52,603 bases of DNA from a virus (Duplodnaviria; Caudoviricetes): positions 1 through 52,603 of IMG/VR virus record IMGVR_UViG_3300012352_000629; one strand, written 5' to 3'. A program made the position numbers and the translations under genes. Of the stretch, positions 44,848-52,603 are shown piece after piece. Numbering within the stretch: the first letter of the stretch is position 1; each line of letters opens with the position of its first letter. The notes beneath the pieces were generated by a model. It saw only the letters and a program-made list of their open reading frames with translations, was not told where the DNA came from and made no database searches.

Positions 44848-45765
44848 TTAATTTTTGCTCACCTGTTTCATAAAAGCCTCAGCAATGTGAATATTATTAT
44901 GATACCCCAAGTGCTGGGAGTCAGCCGCTTTATCAAATAAGTCACCAGAGTTTGGCTTTTCTTCGAGGTGGCACGATCGCTTATCAGTATCTACCTCAGT
45001 AAAAGTATCAACATAAGATGACAAATCGAAATGCAGGCCAATAGCAGGTAGAAACTCTAAAAACGTACGATGCGTGTCTGTATCCCAAGTTCCCCAAGTC
45101 AGATCAATTCCGCTTGCGGTGCAGTATTGGATTAAGTGTTGTATGGCTGTTATGGATAGATATATAGGCAGCTCTATAGGGGTGATGTCATATTGATTGT
45201 GCGGCCGTTTAGAGTAATTAGGTATAGAGTATCGATTACGTAGGTGCACGGTCTCTACTCCAGAGTGTGGGTGCATATCTGATTTTTTAGCTCCAGGAAC
45301 CCATGGAGTGGTTATCTCGGAATTATATGGAGACACGTATCTAAGCATGTCTGGGAACAGTACATATATCTTTTTAGGATGCCCATATAGAAGAAAGTAG
45401 TTCATCAAACCATTAACTATGCCCTGAATAGATTGCCCCGGCTGAGACAAGTTTACGTACTTGGAAACACCCAATCTTTTCGACATTATGTTCGACCACA
45501 TGTACTCTTCAGGCACTCCAATCCCATAGGTCTGAGAGCAGCCAGAGTAGATAATTTTCGGGTTTTGTGTGAATTCAGGCGACCTATACCCGTTGGAATT
45601 TAGGTGGTACTTGCTTATCCTAGGGTGCGAAAAGTCCAGGGGATTATTCTTCATGTAAGACTTATCTTCAAAAGATAGCCACCTATCGAATGTGCCCTTC
45701 GAGTACTTACCTAAAAATACACTTTCAACGGTGTACTCATCGATAGGGAAATCCCTTTCCCCCAC
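44848..45765 (-). CDS. SGNH-like protein, paralog 2
   Basis: Same motifs; DSQHLG. Confidence 0.75.
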   Translation of the reverse strand: MGERDFPIDEYTVESVFLGKYSKGTFDRWLSFEDKSYMKNNPLDFSHPRISKYHLNSNGYRSPEFTQNPKIIYSGCSQTYGIGVPEEYMWSNIMSKRLGVSKYVNLSQPGQSIQGIVNGLMNYFLLYGHPKKIYVLFPDMLRYVSPYNSEITTPWVPGAKKSDMHPHSGVETVHLRNRYSIPNYSKRPHNQYDITPIELPIYLSITAIQHLIQYCTASGIDLTWGTWDTDTHRTFLEFLPAIGLHFDLSSYVDTFTEVDTDKRSCHLEEKPNSGDLFDKAADSQHLGYHNNIHIAEAFMKQVSKN

Positions 45766-46193
45766 TATGACTTAATCCCGGTGGAACCAAATCCACCTTC
45801 GCCTCTGTCACTTTCAGTAAGGGCGTCTACAACTTTAAACTCTGCGGTCTCAACCTTTTGGATGACCAGCTGTGCAATTCGATCTCCGGCTTTCACCTCA
45901 AAGTCAAGCGACCCAGTGTTTAGCAAGATAACGCCGACCTCTCCGCGATACCCAGCATCAATTGTCCCAGGAGCATTAAGCACAGTAATGCCATGCTTGA
46001 GCGCCAACCCACTGCGAGGGTGGACAAGTCCAACATAACCCTCAGGGATTGCAATCTTGATACCAGTCTTAACTAAAACTCGCTGATGCGCCGCAATTCG
46101 AACATCTTCTGCTGAAACTAAATCAGCGCCAGCATCTCCTGCAGTTGCGTACTTAGGGACGTTTCCCCCTACAACCTCAATTAATACGGACAT
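45765..46193 (-). CDS. dut: Trimeric dUTPase
   Basis: [38 protein letters not shown]. Confidence 0.97.
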   Translation of the reverse strand: MSVLIEVVGGNVPKYATAGDAGADLVSAEDVRIAAHQRVLVKTGIKIAIPEGYVGLVHPRSGLALKHGITVLNAPGTIDAGYRGEVGVILLNTGSLDFEVKAGDRIAQLVIQKVETAEFKVVDALTESDRGEGGFGSTGIKS

Positions 46194-46305
46194 ACTTTGC
46201 CTCCTCTATTAGTTTCCCTCGACATATTGGACATAGTCCATGCATAAGGGCGTTTATTTTGTACCATACGCCACATTTGTGACAGCAGTCTTTGTCGTCA
46301 TTCAT
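46177..46305 (-). CDS. 42-aa Zn-finger peptide (CHKC...CPIC), not in the ORF track
   Basis: Hand translation. Confidence 0.55.
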   Translation of the reverse strand: MNDDKDCCHKCGVWYKINALMHGLCPICRGKLIEEAKYVRIN

Positions 46306-46648
46306 CGTCATTATTTTCTAATTCAGCTCGCTTAGCAGCAAGTTTTTGTTTATGTTCAATAGCTAAATTTGCTACTGTCTGATTCTTGTAGTGTACACGC
46401 TTAATGCGTTCCATGTAAAAGCTTCTGCAGTTCTCTGCACCTTTAGGGCCGCCCCAAACATCTACCCACTCCACGCCCTTGTGGTTAGTGACCTGCTGTA
46501 TGAATCTGAATCGACCACGTTCGCCAGATATCTTTAGCTCGGTGCCAGGCGATACATTTCTACCGTTTATTTGAATTTCAGTCTGGTAGATCCAGTCATC
46601 GTTTGGCTTTGGCCCTTGCTGAATCTGGGATTTCTTTTTTCGCCCCAC
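46298..46648 (-). CDS. Hypothetical protein (SH3-like; GERGRFRF)
   Basis: ORF. Confidence 0.7.
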   Translation of the reverse strand: MGRKKKSQIQQGPKPNDDWIYQTEIQINGRNVSPGTELKISGERGRFRFIQQVTNHKGVEWVDVWGGPKGAENCRSFYMERIKRVHYKNQTVANLAIEHKQKLAAKRAELENNDDE

Positions 46649-47000
46649 TGATAAAGTCCTCTTCTATTTGCATCCACTTAACAACTTCTGGGTTGTCTTT
46701 TATGAACGATAGCATAGGTGCTTCCCAAAGTCCAATAAAGTGGTGTTCCCAGATATCGTATTCATCTTTTGGTTTAGGTTGAACTTGACCAGCGTACACC
46801 ATAGTTATGACGTGGATGATTTCATGCAGAAGAGTTTGCTGTTTTTTGTTCAGGGAAATACTGACATCTAAGACAATGATGTTCCCCGCATCGAGCGTAT
46901 ATCCGTAAGAATTATCGTTCAGTGTTCCATCTTGCTTGACGGTTCTTTCCTCGATCTTGAACACCTGACCACCGATTTTAACTCTCTTCGGCGTCTCCAT
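46596..47000 (-). CDS. HExxH metallopeptidase-like protein
   Basis: QTLLHEIIH. Confidence 0.7.
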   Translation of the reverse strand: METPKRVKIGGQVFKIEERTVKQDGTLNDNSYGYTLDAGNIIVLDVSISLNKKQQTLLHEIIHVITMVYAGQVQPKPKDEYDIWEHHFIGLWEAPMLSFIKDNPEVVKWMQIEEDFISGAKKEIPDSARAKAKR

Positions 47001-47673
47001 TTTGTTCCTCCAGGTTAAGGGCGTCTACGATATTCTTGATACTAGAAGGATACCAGCTACCCCCTCTAGGGGTCTGGATGCCGCTTGAATTAAGGGCGTC
47101 TGCGATAGCCTGGAAAGAATACCCTAATTTTCTCTTTAAAGCAACTTGATCTCGAACCTCATCCTGGATCACCTGCCTTGGGCCCATGTCCTTACCCCAG
47201 ACTACGCCACGCTGTCTGCGGTCCTTGTGGATGTCTTTAGCTCGTTCCGCAATGATCCCTCGCTCCATCTCCGCGAGCGCCGACATAATCGTAACCACGA
47301 ACCTACCTTGATACGTAGACGTGTCGAGATTCAAATCCAAAAGGATAAGTCTCCAGTTATTCTTGTTGGCCCTGTCCACAATATCCAAGAAGTCTTTAGT
47401 TGACCTAGCCAGCCTGTCAATCCTAGTGACAATAAGGGCGTCTGCTTCTTTGTTGTCTAACCGCTTAAGGGCGTTTATTAATTTAGGTCTACCAGAAACA
47501 TTCTTACCGGAGCGCCCCTCTTCTTTGACTAGCTCGCTCTCAGTAAACCCGTACATTTCTCCGGCTTGTCTCAGGGTTCTTTCTTGAACATCTAACGACA
47601 CGCCATCTTCAACCTGCATGGTTGTCGACACGCGGGCATATAGAAGTGCTTTACCAGTAGGGGCGTCTATCAT
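46978..47673 (-). CDS. Serine recombinase (resolvase catalytic domain plus short C-terminal DNA-binding region)
   Basis: YARVST, SG....RP, RIDRLARS, AEMER..I.ER, IA..LN..GI.T.RGG.W. Confidence 0.93.
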   Translation of the reverse strand: MIDAPTGKALLYARVSTTMQVEDGVSLDVQERTLRQAGEMYGFTESELVKEEGRSGKNVSGRPKLINALKRLDNKEADALIVTRIDRLARSTKDFLDIVDRANKNNWRLILLDLNLDTSTYQGRFVVTIMSALAEMERGIIAERAKDIHKDRRQRGVVWGKDMGPRQVIQDEVRDQVALKRKLGYSFQAIADALNSSGIQTPRGGSWYPSSIKNIVDALNLEEQNGDAEES

Positions 47674-48662
47674 TTTTTAGTTTTTATGAACGCTTCAAAT
47701 TCTTCAGCCAAGTGAACGTGCTCGTGGAGGGTCATGTGACTAGGGTTGCCGAATGCCTCGTTGAAGTTCTCTTCGTACTGATCTTTAACATCTAAGTGAC
47801 AGTCAGAGTGCTTACTAATAAAGTCTGGTTTTTCAGGGATATCTCTATAGATAAACCCAGACATGTCTAGTTCGTTATACCCTTCTAGCGATAGACATCT
47901 ATATAGGTCTAGAACTGGCTGATTCCAGCTGCTCCAGATAAGTTCTATGCCGCTAGCCTTGCAGTACGAAACGAGAGTGGCCAAAGCCTGAGCCGAGAAG
48001 TAGAAAGGTAGCTCGTAAGGGGTTACCTCATATAAGTCATAAGGTTTCTTTATGAACTTGTATCTAGGCCCATATGCACCTTTAGGGTTGTTGTTCGCAT
48101 AGTTAAGAGTAGTGACTACAATCTCATCGCTATTCTTCTTATTGCCGTCTTTCCAGCCCAAGAAACTATTTACGTCTCTCCTTAGAGGCATAACTATTCG
48201 CCTAAAGTCAGGAATCAGAGCTACAACGTACTTAGGCTTTCCGTACAAGTTGACATGACGCATGACAGCATTAGTTATATCTTGTACTGACCAGCCAGGG
48301 GCAGCGTAGCTCACGTGAGAAAGGCCCAAGTTAGATGCCAAGACCTCGGTCCAGATCTTCTCTTGAGCAACACCCACACCAAAAGTCTGGGAACATCCTG
48401 CCATAACGAGGTCTACCTGCTCGCCAGGCTCAGGGGACCTGAATCCAAGAGAGTTTACAGCGTACTTATTCTTTGAATCACCGTAGATACTTTCATCATC
48501 AGGTGATATTTTGTGCTGCTTAGTTATGAGCTCAGTGAAATTGAAAACCGTATTGTCTACAGAAGCTCCCTTAAAGACCTGCTGAGATAGGTTGAGTCGC
48601 TGGGCTATACCGTTTTCACCAGTGAATAGGCCAGGATTTGGGAGTTTTCTATTAGATCTCAT
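47670..48662 (-). CDS. SGNH-like protein, paralog 3
   Basis: NSLGFRS, GCSQTFGVG, C-terminal SHM. Confidence 0.75.
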   Translation of the reverse strand: MRSNRKLPNPGLFTGENGIAQRLNLSQQVFKGASVDNTVFNFTELITKQHKISPDDESIYGDSKNKYAVNSLGFRSPEPGEQVDLVMAGCSQTFGVGVAQEKIWTEVLASNLGLSHVSYAAPGWSVQDITNAVMRHVNLYGKPKYVVALIPDFRRIVMPLRRDVNSFLGWKDGNKKNSDEIVVTTLNYANNNPKGAYGPRYKFIKKPYDLYEVTPYELPFYFSAQALATLVSYCKASGIELIWSSWNQPVLDLYRCLSLEGYNELDMSGFIYRDIPEKPDFISKHSDCHLDVKDQYEENFNEAFGNPSHMTLHEHVHLAEEFEAFIKTKK

Positions 48663-48706
48663 GCTTACAGTATAATATAGTTAGGCCCCCATATCTAAGG
48701 TATAAA

Positions 48707-49381
48707 GTGGACAACCAAAGCTCGTATCACATAATCGAAGACTTCTTGACCAAAGAAGAATGCGCTCAATTCACTGAGATAGTTCTAGCTAACCCAGAGG
48801 GAAACCACGACAGGTATCCCCTATTTGACTGGATGCAGATGCCTAACTTCGCTATTCTGGCGGAAATGCCTAGACCATGGGACCAAGAGGTTGTCTTCAT
48901 AAAGAAGCTAAATGAGGCCATTAAGACTTCTTACAACTTCTTAGTTAACAACTACACGATGACCGGGACTAAATTCGGACTAAACCGTATACATGGAAAC
49001 ATCATGACTACAGGTGCAAGCTTCGATACTCACGTGGATGAGCAGCCAAACGAAGATGGCATCTATGACGGTCAGAAGAAGACCTATGTAGGTGCGTTGT
49101 TTCTAAACGACGATTACGAAGGTGGCGAGTACTACTTTAAGGACCAAGATGCCGAGTTCAAGCCAAAGGCTGGTAGCATAGTTCTTTTCCCTGGGTACTG
49201 CACACCGCACGAGATACGAGAAATAACTGGTGGCACAAGGGTAAATGTTCTAATAGTTTTCTATGACTATCTAAAAGAGAACTACGACGAGCTTCTTTCT
49301 TACTACGCGTCAGAGACTGGCGAGATGGTCTTCTCCACTGAAACCCAGAAAGAGATCAATCTCCACACTCGTCGCGGTTAG
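48707..49381 (+). CDS. 2OG-Fe(II) oxygenase
   Basis: HVD, FLNDDYEGGE, HE...I..G.R. Confidence 0.9.
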   Translation: MDNQSSYHIIEDFLTKEECAQFTEIVLANPEGNHDRYPLFDWMQMPNFAILAEMPRPWDQEVVFIKKLNEAIKTSYNFLVNNYTMTGTKFGLNRIHGNIMTTGASFDTHVDEQPNEDGIYDGQKKTYVGALFLNDDYEGGEYYFKDQDAEFKPKAGSIVLFPGYCTPHEIREITGGTRVNVLIVFYDYLKENYDELLSYYASETGEMVFSTETQKEINLHTRRG

Positions 49382-49998
49382 CTAGTGCCTAATCCAGCGA
49401 CAGTGTCGTAGGTGTGTGGGTCAAACTCTGAGATTATGATCTCATCGGCTGGGTCGTAGTCCTTGAAGAATAAGACATAATTTGTTCTTTTTCCAGAAAT
49501 AACGGCGTTTACTCCGTGGTGGTTCTTTCCCTCAAACAGGATAAGACTTCTAGCTGGTGGCACTAGGCTCACGTTAAACTCCGGGAAAAAGAGCTCCCCG
49601 CCCTCATAATCATCAGTCAGGAATAGCAACCCCGAGTAGTGCTTCTCATTCTTCCTGCGACCCTGGTAGAGGTCATCATCATCGCTGTGTTGCTGGAGGC
49701 TAGCGCCTTCGCCCATACTTCCCATGAATCCGCGCTTATACTCGAAAACGTTCTTCATTTCGTAGTTATCCAAGAAGTAATTCTTACCCTGCTCGATAAC
49801 CCTTAGCAACGGGAGAACCTCTGGCTCTACGGTGCTAAGTTCGGCTAGCCCATTGGTGTACTGGTGCATGTTAGCAATAGGGCAAAACTCCCACCCCGGG
49901 CGTGGGTCTGGCTGCTTATTGGCCTCGAAGAACTCTAATAAGCCAGCTAGCTCGTCTTCCGAGATGGCGTCTTCAATCAAATGGTACGGCTTAGTCAT
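49378..49998 (-). CDS. 2OG-Fe(II) oxygenase
   Basis: HSD, DDYEGGEL, HGV..V..G.R. Confidence 0.9.
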   Translation of the reverse strand: MTKPYHLIEDAISEDELAGLLEFFEANKQPDPRPGWEFCPIANMHQYTNGLAELSTVEPEVLPLLRVIEQGKNYFLDNYEMKNVFEYKRGFMGSMGEGASLQQHSDDDDLYQGRRKNEKHYSGLLFLTDDYEGGELFFPEFNVSLVPPARSLILFEGKNHHGVNAVISGKRTNYVLFFKDYDPADEIIISEFDPHTYDTVAGLGTS

Positions 49999-50203
49999 AA
50001 GTTAAGTCTATATCAAGGAAGTGCTCCATATTTATACAAGCTTAGGTCTAAGTTTGTATGACATTTATGTACACAACCTTTTGTACATTAACCAGCAAAA
50101 TACTGGTATACAGTATGCTATATTTAGTACCTTATTATATACTCTAGCAGTATAGTATATTTAACCATATATACTAGAGAGATGGAGATACCTATAACGA
50201 TAG

Positions 50204-50830
50204 TTGGAAACCGTGGCAAACAGTAACTTATATTATCTAGTTAAAAACGCACTTCCAGCAGCAGAGATAGATGCTCTACACAAGTACGTGCATGTAGGTA
50301 CAGAGCCAGATAGAAGGCCAAACTACACTCATAAAGGAATCACAATCCAAGATTTCTATGAAGCAGCCTCACCCGAGATATTGTCGCTTCATCGCGTTAT
50401 AGAGATTTGCCACAAGACATTCACTAAAAACTACACATTTAAGTACAACAGATTCGAGCTAAAGAGGCTGTTTGGCAACATCATGAGCGTGGGGGCACTC
50501 AACGAGGCCCACGATGATGATGGTGATGTGTACCCGGGGAAGCCTGAAATTGAAGAGCACTACTCGGCGATATTGATGCTCACCAGCGACTACTCCGGTG
50601 GAGAGCTCTACTTTGAACATCACGGGGTAGAGCTGAAGCTAGATGCCGGAGATTTGATAATGTTTAGAGGTAATGCAGCTAACCTGCATGGAGTTAGAGA
50701 GGTACTCTCGGGGGAGAGGGCTAACGTGATTATTTTCTTTAGGAACTACCCGACCGACGTTGATATAGACGACGATGAGTGGCTGGAGCTATCGTCCACT
50801 TGGGAGAGGTCAGACAGTGATTTCGTATAA
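50204..50830 (+). CDS. 2OG-Fe(II) oxygenase
   Basis: HDD, DYSGGEL, HGV..V..GER. Confidence 0.9.
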   Translation: METVANSNLYYLVKNALPAAEIDALHKYVHVGTEPDRRPNYTHKGITIQDFYEAASPEILSLHRVIEICHKTFTKNYTFKYNRFELKRLFGNIMSVGALNEAHDDDGDVYPGKPEIEEHYSAILMLTSDYSGGELYFEHHGVELKLDAGDLIMFRGNAANLHGVREVLSGERANVIIFFRNYPTDVDIDDDEWLELSSTWERSDSDFV

Positions 50831-51845
50831 AGGCAGCTCGTTACCCTCCAACTGGGATATATCAACCGCGACACCATTTTCAGGCACTTCCCATATATGC
50901 CTGGAGCTAGTTAGTCACGATTTCTACTTCGAGTCGCTAGAAGAACTACAGTCAAAAACAATGCACAATTTTAGGTTGGAGTCTAGTGACTTACTCAAAG
51001 CAGCGCCTACTAAGTACCTAATCAGACTTGATGACCCGTTTTTTCATGTAATTTATGACTCTTTGACACTAGTACTGGCACTACATCGATTAGACCCTTC
51101 CGGTATTTTCATCTTATATAGGCCAAGGATAGAGTCGAAAAGTACCAGAAAGATATATGACTACTTTGAAGAACTCTTTAAATCCAAAAACATATCATAT
51201 CTGATGCTTTACCCGGCCAGGGACGAGCTTATCGACAAGATGGGATACTATTCTCCAGTTATAGAGACTCATAACTACATAGACATAGTCAGGTATTTAA
51301 ACGATAACGACATTAAGTTCACCCTTGATGACTATCTATTTGCGTCTAGAGAGGTTCTAGCCCACCTTGGACCCAGTGCTACCGAACCCCACAGAAGAGT
51401 GTACTTGTCCCGATCCCACATAGATCATAGGCAGTACGAGACAAGAGATGACCACGTTGGGTATAAGGACGACGTAAGGCTGGAGAATGAAGAACTTTTA
51501 GAGGATTTTTTTAGGTCTAACGGCTATGAAATAGTTGTTCCCGAGCATAAATTCAGCACCTTCAGGGAGCAGCTTGAGTACATGAGGTCAGTAAAAGTTC
51601 TAGCTTCCGTGACTAGCTCAGGATTGACAAATGCTCTTTTTATGGAAGACGGTCAAATTGTCATTGAAATAGTGGCAGAGTTAGTATTTCCAGGCGAAGA
51701 TCTAACTACAGAGCAAACATTGTTTGGCAATTACATTCAAACCTCTTACGAAAAGCGTCATACGCATGTGTGTATCCCATCTAGGCGTGACCCAAAACCA
51801 GTGATCAAAACGTTAGAGACCTTAGTAGCCACGCTTAACTTATGA
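50775..51845 (+). CDS. Glycosyltransferase family 61 (DUF563)-like
   Basis: RVYLSR...R.L.NE..L...F...G..+V.PE.....EQ......SGLTN..FM.....VIE. Confidence 0.8.
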   Translation: MSGWSYRPLGRGQTVISYKGSSLPSNWDISTATPFSGTSHICLELVSHDFYFESLEELQSKTMHNFRLESSDLLKAAPTKYLIRLDDPFFHVIYDSLTLVLALHRLDPSGIFILYRPRIESKSTRKIYDYFEELFKSKNISYLMLYPARDELIDKMGYYSPVIETHNYIDIVRYLNDNDIKFTLDDYLFASREVLAHLGPSATEPHRRVYLSRSHIDHRQYETRDDHVGYKDDVRLENEELLEDFFRSNGYEIVVPEHKFSTFREQLEYMRSVKVLASVTSSGLTNALFMEDGQIVIEIVAELVFPGEDLTTEQTLFGNYIQTSYEKRHTHVCIPSRRDPKPVIKTLETLVATLNL

Positions 51846-52465
51846 GACCAGCAATCATTTTTGACTTAGATGGTGTACTTATAGACAGTAAAGAGCTTCA
51901 CTACGATGCCCTCAATCTTGCGCTAAAGAGCATTAACGAAAAGTACATGATATCTAGACAAGAACAAGCTTCCATCTACGAAGGTCTAACTACTAGATCA
52001 AAGTTAGACATTCTTACGCACACGAAAGCTCTTCCGAGAGATCTGCACGAACATATCTGGAGACTTAAGCAGCAATACTCGTCTGCAATGTTTGAGGATA
52101 TGCCTTTAGATTCAGAGCTAGTAGGTATCTTTAAATATATTAGAAAGCAAGGAATTGCTTTAGGGATAGCCAGCAATAGCATCAGAGAGACTCTAACTAC
52201 CTGCTTACGCTCAATAGGCGTTTACGAATACGTTGATGTGTGCTTAAGCAACGAAGACGTAGATAACCCGAAACCTAGCCCCGAGATATACAATCTCTGC
52301 ATGCTAATGCTGGGCTCGGCTCCAGAAAGCACTGTCATTTTTGAAGATAGTAATATAGGTAGAGAAGCCGCCAGACAGAGCGGTGCATTTTTGGTAGAAG
52401 TTGGTAGTAGGCAGGATCTAACCATGAGGTTTATCTCGAATAAGATAGCGAGCTATCTTGAATAA
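51842..52465 (+). CDS. HAD-family phosphatase
   Basis: FDLDGVL, ASNS, KPSPEIY, FEDS. Confidence 0.92.
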   Translation: MRPAIIFDLDGVLIDSKELHYDALNLALKSINEKYMISRQEQASIYEGLTTRSKLDILTHTKALPRDLHEHIWRLKQQYSSAMFEDMPLDSELVGIFKYIRKQGIALGIASNSIRETLTTCLRSIGVYEYVDVCLSNEDVDNPKPSPEIYNLCMLMLGSAPESTVIFEDSNIGREAARQSGAFLVEVGSRQDLTMRFISNKIASYLE

Positions 52466-52603
52466 GCCAAATATCCTAATCCCAATGGCGGGTCTAGGAA
52501 GTAGATTTGCTGATAAAGGTTACGATCTACCAAAGCCGCTAATTAAATTTTTCGGTAAGCCGATGATTCAGCACGTGGTGGAGAGCTTGGCCATCGACGG
52601 TCA
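52458..52603 (+). CDS. Sugar nucleotidyltransferase, N-terminal part (truncated by the window)
   Basis: ILIPMAGLGSRF...PKPLI...KPMI..VV. Confidence 0.88.
   Translation, partial: MNKPNILIPMAGLGSRFADKGYDLPKPLIKFFGKPMIQHVVESLAIDG

Noticed and set aside
46978-47673. IS607 element or prophage integrase
   Set aside because: There is no N-terminal MerR HTH or tnpB, and it is too short for a large serine integrase.

Overview
This window is a 52.6 kb segment of a large tailed dsDNA phage genome. The host is probably an actinobacterium, inferred from a ClgR-like HTH gene, a short-arm tRNA-Leu(TAA), GACAC boxes at promoters and a 6C-like RNA. No capsid, portal or polymerase genes are present. (1) 1-14.5 kb is an array of about 17 self-contained minus-strand expression units (sigma70-type promoter, AAAGGGG RBS, 1-4 mostly small genes, intrinsic terminator). 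An invariant, identically oriented 14-mer AGAAAAAATAACTA (19 copies) marks each junction. The region is almost free of GATC, has C-rich-loop (6C-like) RNA structures in 3' UTRs and contains a MoxR-type AAA+/VWA pair. (2) 14.5-23 kb holds small genes, a CHAP-like protein, a TerS-like gene, a cluster of a second oriented motif (TTCGTTAAAAGTT), sRNA candidates and an AT-rich origin-like gap. (3) 23.4-29.2 kb is a membrane/secreted protein, nuclease and M23 lysin block. (4) 29.2-37.4 kb holds small genes, a phosphoesterase and thyX. (5) 37.4-38.65 kb is a tRNA cluster with an HNH gene and one aberrant tRNA-like element. (6) 38.7-52.6 kb is a modification-enzyme island: glycosyltransferases, carbamoyltransferase, three SGNH-like paralogs, several 2OG-Fe(II) oxygenases, HAD phosphatase, nucleotidyltransferase, subtilase, dUTPase and a serine recombinase. 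All calls come from reading the sequence by eye; no database searches were run.
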